A DNA stretch of 64,000 bases from Rhodosorus marinus CCMP1338 (Eukaryota > Plantae > Rhodophyta): contig JAMWBK010000004.1 of assembly GCA_029953675.1 (NCBI GenBank), positions 1,364,001 to 1,428,000 of the forward strand, in the 5' to 3' direction. A model generated the notes under the pieces. That model did no database searches, was not told the origin of the DNA, and saw only the letters and a program-made list of their open reading frames with translations. Shown in pieces: positions 1 to 13,333 of the stretch. Position 1 is the first letter of the stretch. Every line of letters starts with the position of its first letter. Both the position numbers and the translations under genes were made by a program.

Positions 1-865
1 TTTTGCGAACGTCCTTCTCTTCGAGGGATCCACAATCGCTCTCGTCCTGCTCTGTCCACATGTGTGTCAGAGCCGGAGAAAAACACCAATGGCCGCCTTT
101 CGGAATCCTGCGAAATAGTTGCTTCCGCGTTAGAAGGTAGATCAGATCAACCTTGGATTCGGGGCGATGTCCACCCCCTTCTGTCCCAATTTCCCATTTT
201 CATCTCCCTTTTTTTGACCGTTTTGAAGGAATCAAAAAGAAAAACCATTTCCTGATGACACAGCTTCAGGGTTGCTCTCCCACACCTTAACCAAAAAAAA
301 AACCGCGAAAAATTCCCACCATTTTGGAGGAACTGAAGTTCTCGACCGTCATTTTTCGTGGATGCAAAAACGCGTTCGTTTTCTGCGCACGAAAAATGAC
401 AATTCGTAAAGTAAACGGCCCCTCTTTCCCCCTCCCCGTTTTTTAAAGCTTCAGGGTGAGAGGGGATTTTTTTCTTGATGACCATTTTTGGAGGAAGAGG
501 TCCTTTTCTTTTCCTCCTGGGGAAGAGTGAGTTTCGAAGGGGATATAAGGTGGGAAGGAGATCCAGAGGTGGTTTGGTGAGGGGGGAAAGGAAGGTGCGC
601 TGGATTGGATGGAGAGGATGAGACCTCTCCTTCTTCTGTTTTTTTTGGGGGTTTCCTAAGAACAGGAATAGTTTCAAATTTAAAGGTTTGGTTTTAAAGG
701 GGAGTTACGATGAGGAAACCCAAAAAAAATTGGGGGGTAGTTAGAGGAGGTTTTGGTAGAAGTTGAAGGAGGGTTTGACAAATGGAGGATGTATCGATGA
801 GAAGAGGTTAGGATTGGTTGGGGGGGGTGGGGGGATTTGCTTGTTGTTTATAGGATTAGAATAGT

Positions 866-3005
866 ATGGCATTTCTTGTTCATGGGATAGCCAGGTTGAA
901 TCAGATAATCCGTGGAGGTGGTGGTGGTCGTGGTGAGTTGGAGAATGGGGATGTGTCTTCTGAGTCAGGTAGATCTGTAGATTCAATTCGTCTGGAGGAG
1001 GAGAAAGCTGTTAGGAATTCAGAGCAGAAGGAACTTGATGGGAAACTTAACTCGCTTCTGGAGAAGCCTGGGTCGATCAAGAGCCTCGTACAGACTCTGT
1101 CCAGGCTCAACTTTCAGATTCCTCCAGAACAATCTCTTTCGCTCTTCAAGACGCTTTCAAATTGTCTGCTCCAGACGGTTAGTTCCTTGTTTACCCAACA
1201 GCTTTACATAGAGATGTCCGTCCATACTCTTGCTGATCCTGTTCAACTACTCTAATTGCGTAGGATATCCTAGAGTTGATCATGTCGGAGGAGGAAGACA
1301 ATACCATGCAGGACATGAGATCGAGGAAGAGCTTATCGTATGTTTCTTCGGTTCTGATATGCTTTGGGCCGATAAATCTCTGCCAAGCCATTGCATCTAG
1401 CGACAAAGCGCTTGGATTGCTTCTCGATATTTTCCATTCTGAAGAGTACGTTGATCAACGGGTGATTCTCAACGTTTGCAGCGTTCTCCACGCAGTTCTT
1501 CTGACCAGCCCGTTGGAGGTTCTTCGCGCGATAGCCTCGAGAGGCTCGGACATCGCAGCGATGGTGTATTACCTCGACATCGACGCCGTTGCTGAGCTCT
1601 TGGTAAACATCTTGGAATCGACCTGCAGTTCAACCGTACATCCAAAAGCTTTCCAGAGCGCTCTACCGATTCTCAGCAACGAGAGGATCTTTCACCTCCT
1701 AGCGACCAGACTCGAGGAATGTGCCGAAGAAGCCGAGAACGATTTCGACTGCAGGAATACGCTCGATAACTTGGGTAAGAACGATACCACAGTCACAGAT
1801 AACGAGCCTCCGACGTCCACCGAGCTTAACGTTCAATATTCTCTCCCTTTATGCGTTTAAGAGTTCACTTTCCGATCTCTGGTGAGCAACCTGAACAGTA
1901 AATATGTAAAGTACCAAACGAATGTTGCGATGAAAATGCTGGATATATATCGCGAGGTTGAACCTGTCTGTAGAATGCTTAATGCCGGACTGCACGCTGC
2001 AGAGGTACGCTCTAAACCCGGGTCAGGCCCACCCCTATGCTCGCGAAGATGGATGAAATCCTGTGGTCTAAGGTCCGACCGTGAACTTTTTCTGTTGACA
2101 GAGTGACAGCGACGCGCATGCGCTCAGAGTCAGCGTTAAGATCCTCTCTGGTCTGCTGGAGTCTTTCAACGAGACTAGAACAGATGAGACAATGAATAGG
2201 CTGGAGCCGATTGAGCAAGTCCTATTCTCGAAAGCGTTCGGATTGATCTCGGTTGTTGATGAAGTTCTTGTCGCGGGCTCGATCCAGCCGTCTCCTCTGC
2301 TCGGACTGAACAGGCTCGAGATTGTCGATCTGTTTGCTACGGCCTTTGAAGTCTGTACAATGGTGAGCAAGCCCGTCTCAGCATGACCCTCCCTGGGAAC
2401 TATACTAATCTTCCGATACCTCGTGGTTGAAGCAGAAAACTTGTGAAGCGCTGATTACCATGGGCGTTTTGGGCTCATTCCTTGAGCTTCTGTATCAGTT
2501 CAAACAGAACAGCCTTCTCCACGTCCGAGTCGCAAGAGGAATTGATGCTTTGCTTGCAAGAAGCGACACGATGATGAGAAAACTCATATTCTTCAGGTTC
2601 TCACTCGTCCCGCGCGTTATGGACCTGTGGGACTTGAATACTAACCCCGTAAGATCACGAGATCCATCCTACAAAGCCCTCCACCACTGCTTAAGCATCT
2701 TCCTTTTTTCGTCTCTATGTAATCAGGTCCGTGGGCAGGATTATGCAGAGTATCGAAGCGTCTTATCCCTCATTTCCTACTCCATCTGGAACTGCCTCAA
2801 CTCTAGTCGGACAGATTGTCCATCAGATGACCTTGAATCTCTCATCTCTACGTCAGCGCTTGCCGAATTTGACCGGTTCACAAAGCAAATTGGAGGCGAC
2901 CGCCTAAACGAAGACCGTAGTGGATGGCCTTTCGGAGCTCCGGGGGGTCACCTGTGTACAGCAGCGAGCTCGGAGCTCGCACGGATGAACAATTCCCACT
3001 TGTAA
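866..3005 (+). CDS. SAPS-domain protein (PP6/SIT4 phosphatase regulatory subunit-like), multi-exon
   Basis: Track ORFs join in frame through inferred GT-AG introns 1178-1263, 1775-1861, 2005-2101, 2363-2435 and probably 2649-2726. The helical protein contains 'LGSFLELLYQFKQNSLLH', resembling the SAPS 'LDLFFxYxWNNFLH' motif. The 3' end is uncertain. Confidence 0.55.
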
Positions 3006-3393
3006 TGAATAGCCTTGGTTCTTTCAGTCAGCTCCCTTTTTTGAGACAAGTATTTAAACAACTATCAAAATCGGCTCCTCTCTCACTGAAGTTTGAGAGA
3101 TTCTCTCCTTCGTGAGTGTTTGAAAGCGCGCTCCAGAGCACCTTGAGATGACCATTTCTCGGTTGTCCGATGAGTGTGGCGCGCCTTCACGCTGAGGGTC
3201 TCATAATCTCGCCGTCCTGAATTCGGCTGTTAGCGCCTTGGAGTTTTCTCCTTGGCACCGCAATGTTCGATATCGACAATCTGTCAGTCTCTCCCAGTGA
3301 TTTCTCTTGAGGGGTCTAGTTGGGTTAGTCTTGTGGTTTACTGTGCCTTTCCTTTGCTACTTTGCCTTGACGCTTTCCTTATACTAGGACCCC

Positions 3394-4122
3394 TCATCGC
3401 TCCCTTCGAAGCACGAAGAGGCTCTCAGTCTTATCTCTTGGGAATCGCTTCGTCCACAACACACGTACGTCCTCGTCTGTGTAACCCATTCTCCAGAAGC
3501 CGCCAGATCCCTCCGAAAATGGAGATTTCTGGACGGAAATGCCGAAGAGTGATATCTCCTTCGTCAGGAAGAGAACGTTGAAGTTGTTATCATCAAGGAC
3601 TTTCCAAGTGGCTTCAAGATTGAACTTGAGCGGCCCTAGCAAGCACATGTTTTCAAACCGCTGGTTCTCAAGATCAATTTTCTGGAGCACTCGACCAACA
3701 AACGGACCGAGCTTGCCGGAACTAGGATTAACCGTACTTGTATATTGCAAGTACCTGCGTTTCAAGAGCGATAAGCGTCAGTTTCGGTTAAGGTGACAGA
3801 AAAATGAATATCTAACTCTCGGAACTGATTCCTCCTACCAGCTTCCGTCTATCATCCCAACCCCGTCAGTAGCAGGATTAACCTCCTGAACTCTCCAAGC
3901 TTCATCCAGCTCCGCCGCCATCTTTGCGATGGAGTTCTTCGTCTCCTCTGTCTCTACAGTCCCATTCTGCCTAGTCCGCTCACAAACGTTCAACAACTCC
4001 TTTTTCAAACTCGCCGCAGCATCAACCATCTCAGTCCCGCCCGAGTTCGTCGCAACCCCAACACAGATATCCCGAGTCCTCTTCACCCTTCCTACCACAC
4101 TAACCCCGCCAACAAACGCCAT
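3394..4122 (-). CDS. Plastid lipid-associated protein (PAP/fibrillin family)
   Basis: Exons 4122-3839 and 3754-3394 (84-nt intron) give MAFV...LKKELL...GSWYLQYTST...KLGPFVGRVLQ...WRMGYTDEDVRVL. This is the fibrillin lipocalin-like pattern with an MAFV transit peptide. Confidence 0.85.
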
Positions 4123-4829
4123 CTCTCTCTCAGGCTATCTACCTACCGCCCTCCCAACCCCCAGAAAACCAATACCAACAAATCAAGACAATTAACCTCT
4201 ATACCAGATCATCCACAAACAAAAATAACAAAACAACAAGACCGTCCTCCTCCCTCCTCCCACCCTCCCCGTCGCTACAAGATGCAAAAGGGATCTGCCT
4301 TGTCCCAAAAATCAATGCACCTTTACCCAAAGCTACCCAAAGCAACCCAAAGCATCTCCTCCTCCGCAGCTGCCATCCAATATCAAAAATTTCCCGATGT
4401 CTCCTCCGTTCGTACTGATGATGATGAGTTACGAACGAGCAGGGTAAGGGGCATATTACCCCAGGCCCCCATTGCAGTTTGACTGCCCACGGGCAGTGAT
4501 AATAATAAAAATTAGAAAGTATCACCTTTGATTTCGGGGCAATAAGGCTTTTTGGTATGCCTATTAAACAAATTTTGTTTTATATTCATGAAAAAGGTGC
4601 CCCTAAGGTTTGAATTTATTATTACTTAGATACAATATATCATGTTTTATTAGTGTGATGAAGAAAAATTGAATGCCCCCGTAAAATGAATTATTGATAT
4701 GAAATTCATTATAGAGATCGATCTAAAAGTGTGCTTGTAAAGCTGAACCCCCCTTATCGCCAATCTTTCTCGATAAACCTCGAACTAAAGATGGTAAGAG
4801 GCCTGAATCTCCGATGAGGTCTAGGAGTC

Positions 4830-5950
4830 AGCAGTAGGACTGTTGGGGCATAGGGGCAAGCAGGGAGGCATTAGAATCCTGAACGGCCAGTTGGAATCTC
4901 CAATATATGACTTTCCGCGGGGAGAACCGGCAGTCGGGGCATCAAAAACTGCTGAAATCTGCAAGCTTTCTGGAAAATGGGGCAATGGGGCATGCCTCCA
5001 GGAGAATTGGGGCATGCTTAAGACCCACTTTAGCGTTCCGGGTGTCTTTTTACTATCAGTGGAGAAAAGAGGAGTCGTCTTCTACGCAGAGAGAGTGTGA
5101 AGATCCTACACCGAGCGATTGGCCACGCGTCGGCCCTAAAGAATTGGACGTGTTCTGAATAGAGCGAATCCAGGAGTCTCCGTACATAAAACGATGAGAA
5201 AGTCGGAACTGGAGGAGATTTAGCAGAGATAGCAAGCCTGCTAGAAACTAGGGACGAAACAGATACCCCCGCCCTCTCCCGGACGGTGGCGACTCCAGTG
5301 GACCCGCAGTTCAGCAAAGTCCCTGTTGAAGTTTTGGACCTGGATGGACGAGCAGTTCCGAGGCATGATGTGCAAGGGGGCGTCCAAAAGTTGTTGGCTA
5401 GTCGAACAGTGGAGAGCGTATGGTGTGGGTTCTATGGGGCTGGAATATTGGTGTATTCAGGGGCACCAGCCGTAGTTCAGCATAGCCCAGGAAAGGAATT
5501 GGTCAGCCGAGTAATCCAATCCAAAACATCTCAAGAATGGAATTGATGTGGAAGTCGAACCCGCGGGATTGCATGACAGCCTCGCGAAGGTCGAACGGTA
5601 TCATCACCTGTTGAGCAAGATCGTCGAGAAACTACGACATGAGGCAAGCGTGTCAGCGTATCACGCCCTATTGTCCGCAGTTGCGTCGTGTTTATATGTC
5701 TCTTCTGGTCCGGAAAGTCATGCACCAGCATTTGCTAGCGTGCGGAACTCTACCCGGGGTTCGACGTGGAATCTTCAAGGGCTCCTTGATATGGAGGCCT
5801 CTAGAACAGAGTACGGCAGGATCGATGCTGAGTGAAAATCAAGATGGCTCAGAAGCTCCGGAACCCTGCACCCCAAGGCAATTCGAAGCAGGACAGTGTT
5901 CTACAAGCTTGATTTTTTTTCACTCAGCCATTAATAGGTTCCTCACATGA
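4830..5950 (+). mobile_element. Decayed Ty1/copia-like integrase region
   Basis: Frameshifted and stop-interrupted motifs in the expected order: KILHRAIGHAS (about 5100, HH), QR*QAC*K (CC remnant), YSGAPAVVQHSPGKELVS, GIDVEVEP..HDSLAKVERYHHLL (integrase core ending in the ERxH motif). Confidence 0.6.
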
Positions 5951-5999
5951 CGTATACCCCCTTTCCTCCTTCGAGCTGTTCTACAGATGAAGGAATGCT

Positions 6000-7250
6000 A
6001 GGCGACCCGACATGTCTCTTCCTGTAAATATACTTTCGCCTTTATCAGGTAGGGCTTGCTTGTGTGAGAACTTCCGCGGATACTAGATTGCAACAAAAAG
6101 TATTTAATGCAGTACGAAGACGCACCAATACGCGTGCAAGGATCAACGAAGAGACACGATTACAAATGACATATTACACCAAACGCACTCATCAATACGG
6201 AGCATCGTAGTCTCATAATGATGGACCATTTAGATGTCACCAGAAATGATGAGCAATTGTCTCACCTTACCATCAATCACGGATCGAGATGTGCACGGCG
6301 CAAACTTGTGGCATCGAAGACATTCTTATCGATAGTGGCGCTACATACCACGTTTTCGGAAACAATGTCTTCGATGCCACGATTTTACGCCTGTATTGCT
6401 AGCCTCGTTACCGGCTCTGATCGTCTGGTTTTCCGTCCGTGTTTTAGAATTCGCGCGGACCGATATCTAGGCTTATACCCGTTTCTTCTGTGGTTATCTC
6501 TTTGTATCATTTTTCAGTCTTTGCAATTGATTTCATATGTTCGTAGCGTCCGCAGTTGTAGCAACGTATCTTTGACGGGCATCTTTTTGCTTCATGTCCT
6601 TGCTTCCCGTACGTGTTCATCATCTTCTTCTGTGCGTCGGCATTTAAACTAGCAATGTTTGCCGTTGTCAGCACTCCGCCCGGACCCTCCTCCGGGATCG
6701 TTGAAGCCTCCTGATCAATACGAGTCTTTACGGCCGTCTCCACAGCACTCTGTATCGACTTCCAAGTCAAAAGAGGTGTCTTCTGTCTGTCTGGAAGTAA
6801 AGGTTGTTGATCGTTTGGTGCTTGAGCGTGAACACCATCAGTGCGAGAGGCACTTTATAGGGCGAAGGAAACGAAGCTGCCCACCAAAGTTCGGCAAAAG
6901 GCCTTCCCTGCGAGTGGGATAGGTCACATAAGACCACCAATTGATTACCCAGTTTGGTTGCTAATCAACCTTCTAGTCGAAGAGAGAACGGGTGAGATTT
7001 CACAGTTATTGAGTTATGGCAAATGATGTCAACGAAGAGCGGGAACGCGTGTGAGTCTCCCGGCGATCGCGAAAGCAGTCCGGGAGGCATGCCGCCCGTG
7101 CACTCTCAACTGGGACAGCACGGGGACGAAGCGCGGGAACATTACTAAACCGATTCGATGTAGCTTCGGGGTTGCCAGGGCTGTGAAGTCGGGCACTGGA
7201 GAGGACTAAAGATGGCGATATACAAGTAGATAGTCCCAGATACATGCGCT
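6000..7250 (-). mobile_element. Decayed Ty1/copia-like gag-protease region
   Basis: Two degenerate CCHC knuckles in ORF 6507-6770 (GKQGHEAKRC, CYNCGRYEH). The copia protease motif ILIDSGATYH sits at 6322-6351 but is locally inverted onto the + strand. Downstream on the - strand, IDGKVRQLLIISGDI..LRIDECVW resembles the protease C-terminal half. Boundaries are approximate and no LTRs were found. Confidence 0.65.
6308..6380. repeat. Perfect 17-bp inverted repeat with 39-nt spacer
   Basis: gtggcatcgaagacatt (6308-6324) is the exact reverse complement of aatgtcttcgatgccac (6364-6380). Confidence 0.95.
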
Positions 7251-10200
7251 TGTCTTAGTACTGGCGGATGGCAGATTCTATGAGATAGTGACGAACGACT
7301 TGAAGGGGAAAGTGTAACTCGCAGCATCGATAACTGGATCGCTTACATCGCGTCCGTCCTTTGAAATTTCGATCGACAACAAGATCAAGAACCCACAAAA
7401 ATGAGAAGCGGACCCTTACTCACCGCCTCCCCCGCATGGAACTACCGGTCAAAAACTATCATTTTCTAATTGTTCGATGAGCATACTTCTGCCGCCCCTC
7501 GGCGCGCCGGGAGTGAGTTGCGTAAACACCACTTTCAGCAAGGTTTGCGGAAACGACGCGACACGCTTCCAGATGGCGCCTCAGCGACAAACTGTAGAAC
7601 GGAGTGGAGCTTCAGATCAACGCAAAAAGGGATTCCCAGAAACTTGTTCCGATCCAAGGCGTTGCAAACATTTCCCAGTTTGCAATGAACATGTTCCAGC
7701 CTTTCCTTCCCTCGAAGTCTTCTCCTATGCAGGATGAGTGAACAGTGGGTGAGTCACAAGGTCAGAGTAGGCACTCACAAAAGAACTGAATCATCGTCGC
7801 GTGTTCGAAAAGAGGAATAGCACAAAAAAAACAGGAAGATGTTCAAATCGACACTATTCAGGAACTATGACGTGCAACTAAAGACAGCGAAACAATCATT
7901 TCAACACAGTTCCCCCCCCCCCCACACCCCGAGTTTTGAAATTTTCACCCCTCCAAGCTCGACGCAAGTTTCTATTGTATTCCCTATTTTGCGATCCACT
8001 TCGACAATGATCTATCTTACGTGTGTTGAATAATAGCTAATTCGTACAGCAAACAGCTCTTACACCTCGATTTTTCATGCTGCTTAATTTCTTCTTTTTT
8101 TCATTTCAGCCCGGGGGTGGGGGGGAGAAGGGCGTTCGGGTTACCGTGTACTAGGTATCATACCTAAAGAGAATCATTATATTTACTTTATGCAAAACAG
8201 ATCCGGAAAAGGCCAATTATTTAAACTACATAAATATTTCTTCTTAAATTCGAATATATTTTCATGCTCTCCGGTGAAAACTGTTAATGTTTGTTTTTAC
8301 TTTTTGAACTGTCAAGACAATTTTCCTACACCCATCCCCTTTTTCAGGACAGTTTTTCTTCTTCCATGATCGACGCCAGAATCAAAGTTTCTGCATTTGC
8401 TGAGCAGTTTGGCTTTTTGCTGTTTTGCATGAAAGGTGAAGTCGTATGGTTGTATTGGCATTCAGGATACTAAACTATCTGCTTAGGCTTAGCGAGAGTC
8501 TTTAACACAATCTCCGCAAATATTAATATAATTGAAATTTGCTCGTAGTCTCATATTCTGCCCAAATAGATTAAAAAATCATGGCCAAGCTTCCTAGCTG
8601 CCGAAGGTCCTAACGTGGGCATAAAAAACAACTTTTTAATACAAAATACGGTTGTTTTTCAAAGATTTGCAGACCAATAATCCCGAAAAACAAAAATTCC
8701 TACTCTCGTCAATCAAATCCTGAACCAGTGTTTTGGGAGTTTTTGGTTCGCCTCTCCCCACTCTCGCGTCGTCAGTTTTTCACTATAGCTAAGATATGCT
8801 TTTGAAACGACCTCAATTTTCAAGCTGTGCGAGAAACGCTATAAAATTCTACACCCAATCAACAGTATATCCTGGGGCACCTAACTGTTCAAATGTTGCC
8901 AATAATATATAAATTATAGGTTCATTTCTTCCTTTTTCCTGCTCTTGCCACGCTTTTTAATTCATATTCTCATTCAAAATAGCAAAGCCGTGGGGCGAAA
9001 AGCGCTTCATGAGTTTAGCGAGCATGTAAGGTATTTTATTTTCTTTTAGAAAATATATCCTTTTCCATTTGTTTGATTGAATTCCATATGTTAAGGCGAC
9101 GAATGCAAATTGTCTTTTCCAGCCCCTTCCCCCCCCTTCCCACCGTATGGGCACATTACAAAATTCCCATTCGTTTCAATATTCAAGTCGTTTTGAGAAC
9201 ACACTAGTTACCGAAGATCTACATGAAAACGAGAAACAGGAAAATTGAAGCTAATTGATCAAAGAAGATCACCAAAATGCATTCCACCGTTTTTGATTAC
9301 GTGAAGACAATGCTGCCTAACTCTCACAAATACAGTAATTGCCCCGATTTCACAGCTGTGGCAGCGTTTTGGAGACGATTTCGAGCCACATCGAGGCCTG
9401 TGCAGGCAGCGGGCAAACGGCAAACACTCCAGCATAGTCCACAATAGTTCTAATTTCTGAAGGGAAAATACTGGAGAAATCGGACATCTTTTGACTTAAA
9501 AAGTATCGTCAAAAATGACGTCGCTTCAGATCCTAAACGGCCCTCTGAGTGGTACTCTATTTTTGCGACACCGACGCACTGGGATAAGTCTGATCCGATG
9601 CGCTGGCGGTAATGGTTGGAAATATAGCACTGTTTCGTTCATGTAGATACGACAAGCTTTTTCTAAAATGATCGCGGCTTCGCTCAAGCTTCGCCGATTC
9701 TCTTTCTCCCCCAAACCACCATATCTTATTGCACCGAAAACGAAGACCAATGAAGGGACTAACCGACTAGGTTGAGGCTGCATGCGGATTAGATGACTGT
9801 ACTGAACGAATGGTGCCTTTGTCTTGAATCTTGTCCTATACGCTAAAACATAAAGATCAAGTTCGGACTGAAAATCCGAAAATTCATTGCAGCGGACAAT
9901 GCCTTATGCAAATTCACGATGACGAATGGCCAATCCCAAACAATCCTGCGAGCATCGTGGACAAAAGGCCCGCACCCTGATCAAACCTTGGCGAGAGGAG
10001 GGAAATTTATAGGGACGTTTGAATTAAATGTCTTTGCATGCAAAAGCAGAAAAGATATATGGAGGGTTTTTTTCAGTGCAAAAGAACAATCAGCTCCGTA
10101 GATCCTTAAAAGAAAACCATTTTCTGCCCCGTGTTCGTCTCTGAAGAAATTTCTTCAATCTGTAGAATCTGCGTCCTTTTTCTTTTTTTTGCCCTTCTGA

Positions 10201-12768
10201 TGTGCATTCGCTCCAAACTCGCATGCCATTTAGACCAGAACAAATTCAATGAAATTTGAATGTTCGCGATAAGAACCCTAAGAAAAAGGTGTTTCTGAAC
10301 GCGTCACTGAAAACGACCAAAAACAGTACTTTTTTGACCACCTTCAGATATCCAAAATTGTGAAGTTGTTTTCTTTTTTTTGAGGAGTTCGGATCTTCCA
10401 GCGTCGGGAGTTTTTATTATGAAGCTTTTTGGTTGGTCACAGGAAGACTAACTGCTAAGCCAATCATATCTTGTTATGGGTTTATTTTTCTTAAATTATT
10501 GATGAGATTGGTTTCCCTGATCGGCCTGTGTTTTTTTTTCCTTGCATGGGTCAGTCCTCGCTATTGTCCAAAAAGAAGAACCCACCCCAAACACTGGGTT
10601 TTCTCCTTTTCACGATCAAACTTAAGTTTTCGACCGCTAGATTTTTGAGCGCCTCGTGGTGTTGTTCTGATGTCACACGTTCTCCAATTCAGTAATCTTC
10701 TTGGGTTTCAAGGACGTTGCCCGCTCATGATCACCGTTGCCATTCTGTGCACAGAAGCAAGGGCTTGGGTTTGCATGCATGTGAAGTGACTTCACATTCG
10801 ACAAGCAATTCGAAAGGTGCGGGAGCACTAAATTAGGATTCCTCCTGCTCCCAGTCTGAGTTTTGTCGTTTCTCCCAAGCGCATCTAGTCACGAGTCCCA
10901 GCGCAATTCGGGCAACATGCACTCGCGCTTCGGCAACAGATTCATTCCATTGTCTTCCCGGACTCTTCTGGATCGCTTCAATCACGCGCGTTCCCCCTTC
11001 TTCGTCGAGTTTTTATGCGCTGTCGTTCTGGCGTTTCCACACCGACCCTTAGGTTTTGAGACCGGGTTTTCTCCCCCGAGGGCGTAAGCTTTCCTCGCCT
11101 CCCCCCTTAGTAGTTGCCACGAGTCGACGACGATGATGAAACGTTTCCAAATCTGCACACCCATGAAGGAAAATGAGCCCACTATTGGTGAATACACGTT
11201 TCTCAATCAGTCGAGGTGACCTTTTTGCCCTTGGAGAGCCCATAGCTGCATATGTGCTAGCCCATTCAAACCCATTTAGGGGAATATTTTCGACATCGTG
11301 GCCAGCATCCAGAAGCGTATTTGATCAATCGTGTGGAGATTGATAGTTGCAATTTGTCTTTTAAGTGAAATGTACATGTAATGAATAGTTTTTATCCGTC
11401 CACATGAGACGTGATCCCATACTGCTAGCTTTGCTCTTCCCGACCCTGAATAGAGGGTCAAGATTGAGGTCCGTTCGAGTTCCAGAAAAATCGTTTAATA
11501 AAGGCGATCCACAGTAAAATAAAAAACAAATTGACGCCCCAGGGAATCATGGGAAAAATACTGACTGAGAAAAATCATTGAGCAGGCATTGATCAAGAAA
11601 TATGCGATGAGTATGCCAGTTTTTTTCCAGCTCAGATTCTAGAAAAGTCCCTTCCATCACCACCCCTCCAAATTTTCTTCAATGTAAACAGAATTTCTGA
11701 GTCCAAAACAGTATCGTATTTGCTTTTCTCGTACAATATTCTACCCCTTCTTAAAATTTACCAAAACAGTATCACTCCGTCTATTTACACAGCTTCTCCC
11801 CTTGTATTTTAGCCACGAGGACTCGAAGAAGAGGGAAAAATCCTTGTTAGATATTGATCTCATTCTTGAGAGGGGGGGGGGAATCGGCAGCGGGTTGCAC
11901 GCACGTGGCGTGCTTGAAAATTCTCTTGCGAACAGCCCATTTTTCTTCTATTTCAAAAACAAATTTCAAAGAAAACCCGAAACTACTTGATGCTCTCCCG
12001 ATTTTCCGGGCAGCACTTCTCATTGTTGGGTTTGCCACGATTAGTGATTCTTCTTTTTTTTCTTTTTTGTATGCACTCACAATTAGGACAGGTTTTGATA
12101 TTTTGGACAGAATTTTGACTCATTTCTATCGTACATTGCCTTGCAAAAGGAAAAGAAAAGAAAAGTGGAGCATGAAGCATGTATGGTTTTGAAATACCAA
12201 ATCGGCTGCGATGGAAGGCAGATTTCGGGTCCGAACTGCACGCTCAGCAGCTCAGCTGGTGGGTTCATCGAGGCGAGGATAGAAGCAGCAAAATATTACA
12301 AAACTACGAAATCAGCAACGTCTCGTGCTGAACAAAGAATCACGTTTTTAGTCAGAGCTTACCTACCCTCAAACAATAGTGAAAACCATCGAGAAATGTA
12401 AAGATCGATTGAATAGGGGTTGAATTTCCGAACAGTCAAATGTTTCGTTTCGGAGTACGCAAACAAAAGCGCAAATGGCATTTCAAACTTTGCATTCCAG
12501 GGCTGGTGCTTTTTTTCCCTTTTTGCCGCAAAAAGGCAGTCCTCGGGATCTCCACCATACTAAAGAACAAAGTATTGTACATTTAATTCACATAAATCAA
12601 ACCAAAACACAAATGTGCAATTTTTTTGGCACATGGTAGTGTTTAACGGACGAAATTGCTGGTATTTGGCAATCCTCTCCTCCACCATCGGTCTCTGTTC
12701 ACGATAGCCGTACTATCCGGCATTAGGTACTAGCAACTATACACTTCAGCAAGATCCCAGGACTTCAT

Positions 12769-13209
12769 CTAACTGAGCTCTCCGTGCAGAAGATTGTGGT
12801 GCCGCCTCCGGCAAGCCAGCGTCGCAAAACGTCGATTGCAAAGCGGGCACACGTATTGTCTTTCATGGAAGTGAACAAGTCTGATGTGCCTATTCATTGT
12901 TCCCTTCGTCCCGAAACTACGATTGCACTTGTCACAAGTATAAGGACGAAGCCCCTGGTGCACTGTTTGTGTATGCACCACCAAGTTCGACCTCGTCGTG
13001 AACGAAGAGGAGCACTGATCGCATCTGTGCGTCTTGGCGTGTACTGCTTTCAACTTCTTTGCGGGAAACTCGTTCTTCACTCGCACCGGCCAATTCGACG
13101 CAATTGGACTTTGTTGTCCAATCACTCTCGATCTGATCTGCCCATACTCCGGTAGGAAACCAGAGTCAAACTGGGTGCTCTCCGTGGTTAACAACTTGGA
13201 AATTTCCAT
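12769..13209 (-). CDS. Small C2H2 zinc-finger protein (3 fingers)
   Basis: HRCDQCSSSFTTRSNLVVHTQTVH, YTCDKCNRSFGTKGTMNRHIRLVH and YVCPLCNRRFATLACRRRHHNLLH, with QGLRPY-type linkers. Confidence 0.9.
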   Translation of the reverse strand: MEISKLLTTESTQFDSGFLPEYGQIRSRVIGQQSPIASNWPVRVKNEFPAKKLKAVHAKTHRCDQCSSSFTTRSNLVVHTQTVHQGLRPYTCDKCNRSFGTKGTMNRHIRLVHFHERQYVCPLCNRRFATLACRRRHHNLLHGELS

Positions 13210-13291
13210 CTTCGGCTGCCTTAACCAAACTCCTTCAGCACTTCAACACTAAGAAGTCTCCCAGTGCTCAGAAATGGAGATCCCTTACCCA

Positions 13292-13333
13292 CGCGCTCCA
13301 ACTTCTTCCCCTCGCGCTCCAACTTCTTCCCCT
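13292..13333. repeat. 21-bp exact tandem doublet
   Basis: cgcgctccaacttcttcccct x2, just upstream of the zinc-finger gene. Confidence 0.9.

Noticed and set aside
1-61. Possible gene start MWTEQDESDCGSLEEKDVRK on the minus strand running off the window
   Set aside because: Only 20 codons are visible, so it cannot be supported.
147-677. 176-aa minus-strand ORF and similar K/F/P/G-rich ORFs (35591-36103, 15422-16145, 59425-59910)
   Set aside because: They are translations of homopolymer-rich promoter or UTR DNA, with no domain signal and mostly non-ATG starts.
4282-4482. 66-aa ORF with a gtaagg donor, divergent from fibrillin
   Set aside because: No downstream exon can be found; it is followed by AT-rich DNA and the copia relic.
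9259-11460. Faint piggyBac-like echoes on the minus strand (IVVDSWQLL; RC..C..CHSC cysteine cluster)
   Set aside because: The motifs are too short, the spacing is inconsistent, and no DDD core or TIR/TTAA was seen. A profile search is needed.
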